Shown here: in pieces, positions 42,918 to 55,251 of the stretch
How positions within the stretch are numbered: position 1 is the stretch's first letter
Layout of the letters: every line of letters begins with the position of its first letter
The notes under the pieces: generated by a model
Seen by the model: only the letters and a program-made list of their open reading frames with translations
What the model was told of the DNA's origin: nothing
The model's database searches: none
Source: Octopus vulgaris
Taxonomy: Eukaryota
DNA: 64,000 bases
Direction of reading: 5' to 3'
Assembly: GCA_951406725.2 (NCBI GenBank)
Contig: OX597829.1
Span: 28,520,001 to 28,584,000, forward strand
Program-made: the position numbers and the translations under genes

Positions 42918-45272
42918 TTACTAATCGCCCTTATAATATACCCTGAAAGGATATATTGCCTGTGTCGATGGAAATGTTACATTCCAGAAAATCTTGCCCT
43001 AACAGAATTTTATGTTACAGCAAGAATTTTATGAACAAAATGCTTCTGTAACATGGGGCATGCTTATATTGGTCAAATACAAACCTAGACATATTTAGTG
43101 GTGTTGAATATCAGTATGTATATACACACACATGACTGCATGTATACTGATCATTATAACTCAGTAGTTCTTATCCCAGGTACGTACATACATACATATT
43201 GATTGGTAGGTGTAAGGAATAATGAAAGTAAGTCCTACCAATTTATAATTGCAGAATTAGCAAATTTTGTTGCTGAACCCCAAGTCATATAGTTGCAGTC
43301 ATCTTACTGGAATCTCCACCAACATGAGGTGAAGTGTATATCATGTGTTGATTAATAAACTGTTGATCGAGTATCATCTGCTTTATGCCATCTGTACAAG
43401 CTGTGCATATGCTTGATGCAAACTAACTGCCAAGGTCTTTTTGGATTGCACTACTCTATGCTACATAGATACATATTTTCAGAAGAATATTGTTTTGTGG
43501 AAAGGACAAATTAAAAGAATGTAAAATAAGCTTCCACATTGTCTTTGATTTCATGCTGTAGCTAAAATTCTTTATTTCTTGATATTGGGATAAAAAAAAT
43601 GAAGAACTCACGGGGTAGAAGATACGACGAGTAAATAGCACAAAATATAATTTTCAAACATGTTCTCTCCTAAAACTTCACTCTCAGTACTACCTATGTA
43701 GACTTTATGCTATCTCAAGAACCAAACACTTCAGGAAAAACAATCCAATTTCAAAAGAAATTATACATTTCATGGTTCCCTACCAACAACTGTAGAATTT
43801 CCACTTATAATGATAGTTTTGCTCATGTTATTTATCAGAAGCTGGAAACAAGTTCAGAATAATGATCTCTGATGTTTTCAGACTCCAGTATACATGCGCG
43901 CACACACACACACACACATATATGTAAATATACATGCACATGTATATAAGTATACATATATGCACACACACACACACAGAAATCTTCATAGATATATTTT
44001 GAAAATTTGTTGACTCAGTGGAAGAAAAAAATGTGAGCAGTAATTTTTGTATTTACACAAATCACAGAAGATGCTGTGACTTTCATCCATTCCCTAAAGG
44101 TTCAAGTAAAGACCATCATATAAAATACAGCTATTAGAAATGAAATTATCAGAGAAAGCTTCACTACTGATTTTTAGCCCTAGGTCAACCCTCAATGAGT
44201 AAAACTATTGTCAAAGTCATGAGCGATCTGTCTTTCTTTTTTTTGATTATCAATGCAGCCTTCTCTTTTTAAGAGAGTAGGGTGTGTGTTTTCAGGAAGG
44301 TCTGACTACTATCTCTAGCAGATTGTGTGACTATGTAGAAGCTTCCTCATTGTAGAGTTTGTTGGGGGTGAACTTACTACTGACAGAAAGCAAAGGCATA
44401 TGTGTGTGTGTGTGTACTTACTCCAACAACACAACACCACTGAAGCATTTTAATAGCAGAAATATAGAAGAGGGAAAGAACTTTCTCTGTGTGTGGAGAT
44501 AGATAGATAGAAGGAGAAAAGAGGGTTGTAGTTGGAAGTGGGTGTGCAGAAAAAAAAGACAAGAGTATGAAGAATTTAATAGGGTAGGGAAGGAGGTTTA
44601 GTATAGTATGCAAAAATAAATGGGAGTAAACTCAGCAAAGGCAGTGGAGATGAAGTGTAGGGCAGAAGGAAGTACAAGGGGAGAGAGAGAGAGAGAGAGG
44701 CTGAGGGTGTACGTGTGGGATGGATTGGCAATGAGAGAAGCAGAGGAAATCTGGTAATGGAAGGGACAGCTGTTTAGGACACCTGGCAAGGATAATGTTC
44801 TACAGAATGATGTCCATCATACTAGCGATGGTACTACATCGTACACATGTATATGTGTGTATATATACCTAAGTATGTTTGTATGTATCATACATTTTTA
44901 CTTGTTTCAATTATTGGACTGTGTTTTCAAGTGTTCAGTCAATTAAACCACTCCAGTACTTACTTTAGTCTGGCACTAATTCTAAAGAGATTTTTTTTTT
45001 TCCTGAGGATGTAAACAAACCAACAGTTGTCAAGAAATGAGAGACAAACAAAAAAATCTATGTGTGTACATGCATGCACATGCACAACACACAGTCTCTC
45101 TCTCTCAATAGACTTCCAGAGAGTTTCCATCAACCGATTCTACTCACAAAATATTGGTTGGCTGGTGGCCATAGTAAATGACATTTTCTGAAGAAACCGA
45201 AACCATTTTAATAGGAAGGGATCTTCTTTATTGTAGAACCATATATAAGCCTATATATACATATGTGTGTGT

Positions 45273-45307
<35 letters not shown>

Positions 45308-45309
45308 TA

Positions 45310-45502
45310 AGGATAAGATTGTTAATTTAAATATCGATCTTATCAAGTGGCCAGCATGGGAATAAAAACCTTCAAAGGTAATAATTATTATTAAAATTAT
45401 AATTTAGGGTATCTAAGAGATACCACCACGCTGAAAATAGCACCCAAGTTTTGACTGCTATTTTCAGCGTGGTGGTATCTCTTAGATACCTTAAATTATA
45501 AT
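45310..45502. mobile_element. (TA)n-embedded element with 47-bp inverted duplication
   Basis: Arms 45396-45442 / 45456-45502, one mismatch, 13-nt spacer. Confidence 0.6.
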
Positions 45503-45518
45503 ATATATGTATATATAT

Positions 45519-45864
45519 TACTCTTTACTTGTTTCAGTCATCTGACTGCGGCCATGCTGGAGTACTACCTTTAGTCGAGCAAATTGACCCCAGCATTTAT
45601 TCTTTGTAAGCCTAGTACTTATTTTATCGGTCTCTTAACACCAGCATCGGTTGTCAAGCGATGTTGGGGGGGGGGGGGGGGACAAACAGACATACAAACA
45701 CACGCACACACATATGACGGGTTTCTTTCAGTTTCCATCTACCATATCCATTAACAAGGCTTTGGTCTGCCTGAGGCAATAGTAGAAGGTGCAACGCAGT
45801 GGGACTGAACCCGGAACCATGTGGTTGGTAAGCAAGCTACTTACCACACAGCCATTCCTGTGCC

Positions 45865-45865
<1 letters not shown>
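45519..45865 (-). mobile_element. SINE family A with expanded G16 run
   Basis: Homology to 2473-2873. Confidence 0.88.
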
Positions 45866-45908
<43 letters not shown>

Positions 45909-46034
45909 ATTTACTTAATCACTTCTTCCATGCCAAAAGAAATAAATGAAAGGCAAAGTTGACTACATCAGGATATGCAGCTAAAAACAGCTAAGGGAGT
46001 AATAGATGATAATAATAATAATAATAATAATGGT

Positions 46035-46240
46035 TTAAGATTTTGGCACAAGGCCAGCCATTTTAAGGAGATAATTGAAGCTGACTATGTTGATCCCCAG
46101 TACTGGTATTGGTGCTTAATTTACTGACCTTGAAAGGATGAAAGGCAAAATCAAACTTGAATGGATTTGAACCCAGAACATAAAGAACTGGAATAAATGC
46201 CACCAGGTATTTTGTCTAGCACAGTAATTATTCTGTCAGC
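46035..46240 (-). mobile_element. SINE family B
   Basis: Homology to 58928-59145; adjacent (AAT)n. Confidence 0.75.
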
Positions 46241-46645
46241 AATCTAATGTACTTTAGTTAATAAAGGTACATAAAATAAGAAGCAGTCAATTGGTTTGAT
46301 GAGTTGAGACAGGATAAGGAGGGTAGGGGTCAACTTATAAATTAGGAGGACTGAGTTTGGTGTCGCTTACATCTTTAGAGGACTTACATGCCTTTAGAAG
46401 AGCTTGTTGTTAGTTTAGCACCAGGTCAGCTGTGAATGATGAACAAAAGGTGTTCCAGCCATGAAAGAAATATCTTTTTCCTTTGGCATCATCCACCTAG
46501 GACTATAGTGTCTATCCAACATAGACCTTCTTTTCTAAGAAGAGTGGTCAAATTAGGGTTTCTGCTTGGATGAAGAGAAGCATGTTGTTTTCCTTGCATG
46601 TATGAAGTACACATATACCACACACACATAAATACACACTTTGTG

Positions 46646-46691
<46 letters not shown>

Positions 46692-47360
46692 TATATTTTT
46701 TTCTTCCTTTTTATGCTCCTCTCTCTCTCTCTCTCTCTCTCCATTCCATCTCTTTAATGAATTGGTTCTGTGTAGTTAAATTAATTAAAAGGTTCTCTTA
46801 AACAGCTAAAACAATAACAGTCTTGGAGTAAAAGAGGTCAAGTTGTTCTTTAGATCTTGATCACTGGTATTCTAGCCATGATCACTGCATTTTGTTTTCC
46901 TTTCCAATATGCCCTGGAAACCAGAATCAGATGAATCAACATGGTCTTTTCTAAAACAGAGGAGATAATGCAATCTAAAGGAAATTTGACTTATTTCTAG
47001 CAGACCATGCAGCACATCCTCTGTTTGGCTCAAAAGTGGTCAGGTGATCAGTAAATCCAGTATTAGCAAGGGAAAATTGTAACAGATGCTTGCACTGAAT
47101 AAGTATTTAAGATACCCAGGGTATAAATTTAAGACTACAATAATGAAAAGCAAGCAACAGGTAGCCAAACAATTTAGCAACATTGCTAAATAGAATTTAT
47201 ATTAGTATACAGGTGTCTGAAATCTCCCAATTAATGTAATTAATTATGCAATTGATTGCAGCAATAATATTTTGGAAAAAATATAAATTCTTTTCTAACA
47301 ATATACTGAATGTGAAAGAGGTGGGACATTTATTGAAAAGTTGGTAACTGCTCCACACGT

Positions 47361-47602
47361 TTTATCTTTTACTTGTTCTAGTCATTAGAACGTGGCCATG
47401 CTGGGATATCAACCTTGAAGGGTTAAGTCGGTCCCCATCCCTCCACTGGACTTATTTTCATGTCCAGACTTATTCTATCAATGTTTTTTGACAAACTACT
47501 AAATTAGGTGGATGTAAACAAAAATCAACACTGGTTGTCAAGTGGTAGGGAGTAACCCCTGCCTACCAAATTTACTCACAAGGCAGGGGTCAGCCTGTGG
47601 GC

Positions 47603-47636
<34 letters not shown>

Positions 47637-47733
47637 GTAGGAGACACTTGCTCAAGGTGCTGCACAGTAGGACTGAACCTGAAATTATGTGACTGCTAAA
47701 TGAGCTTCTTAACCACATAACCATAGCTATGCC
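47361..47733 (-). mobile_element. SINE family A, diverged
   Basis: Homology to 2473-2873. Confidence 0.75.
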
Positions 47734-48292
47734 TAAAGCTAAGTCAGGAGAGGAGATGGTGCTCATAATCTATTACGGGGCCTCAAAAATTGCTAGGAGA
47801 CATGGTCAGAATGCTTGCAACAACAGAGTGGACTCTTCCAAAGGCATTCACAGTGTCTTGTGGTGGCATTAAACTGGGCAATGGATTAAGTCTACCACTT
47901 ATGTAGGCCCTCTGTGGGATTTGAATTCAGAACAGAAAGTGCTGGAAACAAATTAGAACACTCCTGGTCTGATGTTCTTACAGTTCTGTCAACCCATAGC
48001 TGAACCTCTATTTTATTGATTCTTAGGGGGTTTTGAACTCAGAGTACCAACAGCATGGAGGTGTGTGTGTGTATGTTTACATATAAGCTGAATGAAAACT
48101 GGGAAGTGTAATGCATGACAACAAAACTTTACTACAAAGACACACACACTGTATCAACTGATTAATTACAACTGCTCTAAGGGGATCAGATGAGCATTAA
48201 ACCCATATTGAAAATGTTTGTGACAAAAGAGAAGAAATGACTGAAGAAAGTAATTGGATAAAAAGTTGAGAATGGATATTTATGTAAAACAG

Positions 48293-48647
48293 TTACTCTT
48301 TTACTTGTTTCAGTCATTGCCTTTAGTCGAGCAAATCGATCCCAGGACTTATTCTTTTTAAGCCTAGTACTTATTCTATCGGTCTCTTTTGCCAAACTGC
48401 TAAGTTACGGGGATTTAAACACACCAGCATCGGATGTCAAGCGATGTTGGGGGGACAAACACAGACACACACATAAATATATACGACGAGCTTCTTTCAG
48501 TTTCCGTCTACCAAATCCACTCACAAGGCTTTGGTCGGCCCGAGGCTATAGTAGAAGACACTTGCCCAAGGTGCCATGCAGTGGGACTGAACCTGGAACC
48601 ATGTGGTTCGTAAGCAAGCTACTTACCACACAGCTATTCCTACGCCT
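48293..48647 (-). mobile_element. SINE family A
   Basis: Homology to 2473-2873. Confidence 0.9.
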
Positions 48648-48671
48648 ATAAACTGTCTCTAGCTTGAATAA

Positions 48672-48890
48672 CCCTTTCGCATTCAGATTATTCTGCTAAA
48701 TGTAATGCTTATTTGTTCACATTGTTTTCAATTAATCATGCATTATCTAATAGCTTTGAGATTTTGGTGATGTGATTGTTTAAATTTAGAATGACATTGT
48801 AGGGAACATATGAGAGGTCGATCTGACCAGTTTGGAATTATTAAACAAGGTAGAATATTTGGACCACGTATGGTTTAAATGCTAAAAAGG
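48672..48890. mobile_element. piggyBac-like MITE, right end decayed
   Basis: ATAA|CCCTTTCGCATTCAGATT...AAATGCTAAAAAGG; homologous to 14874-15094. Confidence 0.8.
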
Positions 48891-50038
48891 ATAGAAACAT
48901 TAAATTGATCAAAAAGAGTTACAATAAACCAGCAAGAGAAAGTGGTGTGTGTGTGTGTGTGAGAGAAGGAGAGAGAGATTAATATGAACTGTTACAGCCT
49001 ACATCATTAACATTAATCATTTCATGCTATATTTGGTCAAGTGTGTGTGTGTGTGTGTGTATCTTTGCCAGTGTCAGTGTTTAAATGTGTATTTTTTTGT
49101 ATTAAAATGTGTGCCTTGAAATTTTTCTTTTTAAAACATACACACTGAAGAATGAAAAAACTGTCATAGGAACATTTAGGACCAAAGAATTTCTAATAAA
49201 CGGCACCCCCTCCTCCCTGATTTACGTTGTTGTTAATTAATGATGGTGGTGGTGGTGGTGGTGGGGTAACAACACTGATTGTTTACAGAATGCTGAAGTA
49301 AAATAATGATTAGGCAAAAATAATTAGAATTCTTTAGCAATCAATTTTCAGCAGAGAAATTGGCTGATTATCTCAAGAGATTCTGTTGTTAGTTTTTGCT
49401 TTTAAAGTTCTTCACAAAAACGAGACACAGCTCAAACTAAAACTTTTCTGTTCAAATTATTTGGCACAGAAATTTAAGCTTTAAGCATAAAAAAAAAAAA
49501 AAAGCTGTAGCAGACTATCATGCTTGCAGTTATAATGTGATTGTAGGTCACCTTTAAACATTGGAATCGGTGAGGATGTGAAATAACAGACATAGACAGC
49601 ACCAGATAACTGGTGGAGATTAAATCTATAAGGTCTCTTCACCATACCAATGGAATAATTATTTTAACAATGTGAAAAATTAAAATTGCTATATATATAT
49701 TTTTTTTGCAACTGTAGCAATTATACAAATATTTCATTAAAATGTGTCTGTAAATTAACAATAAGCAGTGAACAAAGGATAAATGAACATTATATGTAAA
49801 TTTGTAATCAGCAATTAGTAGTTAACAAAAAGAAGCATGAACTGATTGGAACATGAGTTAACTGACAGGCGTAAACAATAAGTGAACAGAAGGATGTAAA
49901 TTAACAATGAACAGAAGCGATCAGATGGATGTAAATTAGCAATGAACAGCAGTGAACAGATGTTATGCAATTTAATAGTAGACAGCAGTAAATATAAAGC
50001 TGTGTAAACAGCTAAACACACATTTCATAATATGTTAA

Positions 50039-50315
50039 CCCTTTTGTTACCATATTTCTACTGAAATTAACTGCTTTTGTTTCAATTGATATTGAAAATA
50101 ATGAAGAATTTAAATTTAGTAAAATAACTTTGTAGTGCAACTGAGCACTGTATGCAATAAATTCGTTATTACAACTTTGTCCTTAATTAAGCTGGTGTTT
50201 GGAACATAAATTAACATGACATTTTGATGGAAGGTTTTTAAGATAGATCACTTTAAAATGAGAAGTTTGTATCATAGAATCAGATGTGGTTGCAGGCAGG
50301 TTGGTATCAAAAGGG
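50039..50315. mobile_element. Second piggyBac-like MITE family
   Basis: TTAA|CCCTTTTGTTACCA...TGGTATCAAAAGGG|TTAA; a fragment of its interior is also at 21953-22040. Confidence 0.85.
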
Positions 50316-51019
50316 TTAAATTAGATGAAAATATAAATTAACACAGACTTTTTTTAAAAAAATAGTTATGGCATTATTTTTCACAGGCATTAACATTCTT
50401 TTTGGAGACATTAAAATGAAAACAGTAAACAGCACAAGTTAAACAAACTATAATAGACAAGATGGTGACACAGCATGCATGAAAAATATCACACCAAGAA
50501 ACTGACTGGTTTCTTCAGAATAGCCAAATATTGGTAAAACTAAACTCTGGAAGTACATTTTTTTTTTTAATGAGAGAATAACGGATAACCAGCAGACTAA
50601 ACATTTCAATGATGAATCCAAATCAAAGAGTTACTTTGGTTATTTAAATTCCTTGATTTACAAAAGTTAAGAAAAAAAAATTTTTTATTTAAAATATGTA
50701 TGTCTGAAAGTATATTTTATGTACTTAGGTGTACATGTGTGAGTGTACATTCGTGTGTGCAAATGTGTACTTGTGAGCCAAATGTAAGATTACACTCATC
50801 TTCAGCTAGTCTGCCCAAAGGTTACAAGGCCTCAGATTTTAAAAGAAATGGTAAAACAAGATTGCAAAAATGTTCTTGCCCTTCACAAGGTCTATCAATG
50901 ATGGTTGAAATGAAGTGGATGTAAATTCAACTTGTTATCAAAACCATATAGTTACCTCAGCTCACTAGAAGATAATGATAACAGTATGGGATTGTCACAG
51001 AATGGTCAAATAATAATAA

Positions 51020-51930
51020 TGGTTTCTGATTTAGGCTTGAGTCCAGCAGTTTTGAAAGGAGGAGCTAACTAGTTGATACTGTCAACCCAAGTGGTACTTA
51101 TCTTATCTACCTTGAAAAGATGAAAAGTAAAGTCAACTTTGGTGGGATTAGAATTCAAGATGTAAAAGAATTGGAATAATTACCACAAAGCATTTTATCT
51201 AATGCTCTACCAATTCTGCCAGCCCACTTTCCTTAATAGTAGTTTTGGATTTTGGCACAAGGCCAGCAATTTTGAGAGATGAGGATTAGTTGATTACACA
51301 GACCTTAGCATTTGACTGGTCCTTTATTTCATTGACTCTGGAGGGATGAAAGGCAAAGCTGACCTCAGTGAGATTTGAACTCAGAACATAACCAAATATT
51401 GCAAGACGTTTTGTCCACTGTCCTTGTTTCAAACAGGCACAAGACCAAAAATTGGGAGAAGAGGGTTAGATGATATCATCAGCCCCCTGTACTTGACTGG
51501 TGTTAGATTTTATTAAGCCTGAAAGGATGAAAGGCAAAGTTGACCTTGGAGGGATTTGACTTGAGAACATAACACAATAATAGTAATAATTTTTACCCAG
51601 GGGCACAACAACATAAATTTGGAAGAGAGGAGTTAGCTAATTACATCAACTCCAGTACTTAACAGATAATTTGTTTTATTGACTCCATAATGAGGCATAG
51701 GCTGGCCTCAGCAGGGTTTGAAATACGATAATGCATTTTTGTTCAATGCTTGACCGATTTGGATAGATGTCCAATATAGGAATACAGGAAACAGAAGTGG
51801 AGATGGATGATTATAATACCCATCTTTCATACTTTGCTAGTACTTATATAATCATTTGCAGGGGAAGAATGAAAGGAAAAGCAAACAGTGGGGTACACTA
51901 GAGAAGAGGGAGGGAGTTGAACTCAGGACA
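51020..51930 (-). mobile_element. Chain of about five head-to-tail SINE family B copies
   Basis: Repeated GGCACAAG...GATGAAAGG.AAAG.TGACCT...GATTTGA units. Confidence 0.75.
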
Positions 51931-52319
51931 TAAATATTTTATTTGATGTTTTATCAAATAATGAATACATTTAGTGTAGCTCAAAATCACAGGTTTTTAG
52001 AGATGAGGTCAGGATGAGAGGAGGAATTATGATTTTGTTTGAAATTACCTCCAGTGTTGCACATGTAAAATATTTTATAAAGTGGCTGTCCAAAGGGGAA
52101 TATTTTATTTCTACCTCACAAATGATTCAAGGAACAAAGAATTTTGCTTGTTGCTAACACACATGCTATAATGTATAAAGAAAAGAATGGAGTACTCAGA
52201 GTAAGCCATAGAAGTTTATACACACATACATATATACACACACATATATATATAATATATACATACATGTATATACACACATACATGTATATATGCATAT
52301 ATACACAGATTATATATGT

Positions 52320-52359
<40 letters not shown>

Positions 52360-53590
52360 GTATATATACATATATATACACACAGATATATATATATACA
52401 CACAGATATATATATATATATAAATATTAAAAACCAATTCAACATTAAATTGAACTCAATACCTTTCAACAGTAGAGTATCATATTTAGTTTATTTTTAC
52501 TGACATTATTTTTAAAAGGAATTTTGGTAGTTATTTTGAAGTTTCAGTGTAGTAGGCTAGTTAGTATACTGAAAGTTTTGTCAACCTTTCTCCTCGTAAA
52601 AATAACATGCATGTAGTTTTATTTTACAGATATATTTTAGCAAAGAAACTCCACTTCTGCTAATTTGTTATTAGTGAAAGTAGAGTTTCTTTGTTGAAAC
52701 ATTAAATCTGTGAAATAAGACTATTTTTTCTACATTTAAATTTAACTCATACAGAGTTATATAAACTGTAGAGTAGAATATGTCTTTCAATTTCTGGCCC
52801 CCTTGATCTTTTCCTCTGCATGTGTGTGCATATATATGCATATACATCTATTTATACATATGTGTTGTTTTGTTATTATGTTTTTCCATGTTAGCATGGG
52901 TTAGATGAATAAATTATTGGGGAATTATTTTTATAATTGGATGCCCTTTCTGACATGAATCCTTACATTTTTTTCAAACAAGGGATCACTTATTCCAAAC
53001 TGATTCAGACTATATACATATACATTCACACACATTTATATGTGTGTGTGTGTGTATGGGTGCCCCCACCCCCATTTCAACTATATGCACTCAGGTTTTT
53101 TTTTTAGCTGGTCTTGACTGTAGCAGAAAACATTAGACAAAGGTGTTGCATAGTGGGACTGAATCTAAAAACCACGTGATTAGAAAGCAGACTTCTTCAC
53201 CGTACACCTTGTCAGCAGCTACATGTGTGTGTAAATATATATATTCGTGGTTAACTATGAAAGAACTTTCATCTTTAAAAACACCTCAAAAGACAAAAGG
53301 ACTAATATTAAAGAAAGAAGAGAAAACAAAGACTTACAAATTGCCTACTACTAAATGAAGCATCATGAGGGTAAAAAAGAACAATAATCAACGCTGATAC
53401 TAGCAGAGAGCAACAATAATATTAGATACTAATAGAAACTAAAAAGATGCAAATATACAGACTGCAGAAAGAATGAAATGCAATGTATGTAGTTAACTCT
53501 ATAAAATGCTAACCAAAATGTATGGTCACAGATTTCTAGTTGTGTTATATGTTTCTTTGTGTGTGTGTGTATATATTTATTTATATATAT

Positions 53591-53830
53591 ATTGGTAAAA
53601 CGGTAAGATAACAAAAGAAAGAAAGAGACCTCAATATTATGTAAATAGAGGAAATTTATCTATACAATAATATGTTACATTACTCAATAGTCAAGATAAA
53701 ACTCTGAGTTTCAGATGCCGAAGTGGGAATCCACGCTGGCTAGATAACCAAAGAGATGTCGTGGATTCCCACTTCGGCATCTGAAACTCAGAGTTTTATC
53801 TTGACTATTGAGTAATGTAACATATTATTG

Positions 53831-53833
<3 letters not shown>
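53591..53833. mobile_element. (TA)n-embedded element with perfect 74-bp inverted duplication and hammerhead-like motif (Penelope-like pLTR by inference)
   Basis: Arms 53662-53735 / 53760-53833 are exact reverse complements with a 24-nt spacer; flanked by (TA)n. Confidence 0.65.
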
Positions 53834-53889
<56 letters not shown>

Positions 53890-54500
53890 TACACACACAC
53901 ACATGCATGTATAACTTAAATTTTCTAATTTATGAAAAAATTCTGGCTGCATTTGTGCGATTTCTTTTCTAATATGATTTATACATAGAGAGACCAGATT
54001 CCACTAACTATTGTAGGTGGCCAGCAGGCATTGTACATTATAAAAATGGTAGTAATTTTGCTTCTCATTCTTTCTACAGATTCCCCTGACGAAGCAAGAC
54101 TATCCTAACTGAATACTTGCAAAGTTTATAAGTGAAATTACAGGCACACATACACAAACATATATACACACATATATATATATATATGGTTGTGGTGGAT
54201 CTCCCTTACTCAACAATGAAGCTTCATCTGCCTGATCAAATAAATAACCTCCTCCTGATTTAATGTGAAAATGGGACTGAACATTCCAGAAACATCTACT
54301 TTTAACATAATTCTCAAGCAGAATGAGTGGGACATAGTGTGCAACAAGGCTGTGACCATTTGAATTACAGGTACATTCCATCAGACAGGTATCTATACAG
54401 TTCCTATCTAGCCAATGTAATAGAAAATCACATTCATTGGGATTGAACATCTTAACCATTCATACATACAGTGCCTACTAAATGGGTTGGTGTGTGTGTG

Positions 54501-54576
<76 letters not shown>

Positions 54577-54769
54577 TACATACACACACATATGTTGGGA
54601 ATGGCAAACTCTCAACAGAGTTGGTAAAGTTACAAATGCAATTTTGTGTGCATGCGTCTGATATGTGAAGAGAAAGGCAGTTTGAAAGATTGATATTAGC
54701 ACCGGGATATCAGTATATATATTTATATATATATATACATATACACCCACATATATATATACTTACATA

Positions 54770-55220
54770 TATACATAGATATACATATATACACATACAT
54801 ATATATATAAATATACATATATACACATACATATATATAGATATACATATATACACATACATATATATACAGATATACATATATACACATACATATATAT
54901 ACAGATATACATATATACACATACATATATATACAGATATACATATATACACATACATATATATACAGATATACATATATACACATACATATATATATAG
55001 ATATACATATATACACATACATATATATACAGATATACATATATACACATACATATATACACATACATATATACACATACATATATATATAGATATACAT
55101 ATATACACATACATATATATATAGATATACATATATACACATACATATATATATAGATATACATATATACACATACATATATATATATACACATACATAT
55201 ATATATACACATACATATAT

Positions 55221-55250
<30 letters not shown>
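54770..55250. repeat. Minisatellite, ~28-32-nt unit GATATACATATATACACATACATATATATA(CA)
   Basis: Direct reading, more than 12 units. Confidence 0.92.

Positions 55251-55251
<1 letters not shown>

Noticed and set aside
43280-43460. Possible LINE remnant (IQKRPWQ... on the minus strand)
   Set aside because: Similarity too short and decayed to support
45666-45681. G16 run (also G13 at 3688-3700) as a functional G-quadruplex
   Set aside because: The G16 is a slippage expansion of a G6 run in the SINE; homopolymer lengths are also error-prone
54770-55250. Regular ~30-nt repeats resembling a CRISPR array (also 38030-38195, 12350-12470)
   Set aside because: No unique spacers, no cas genes, eukaryotic context; these are minisatellites or LINE 3'UTR repeats
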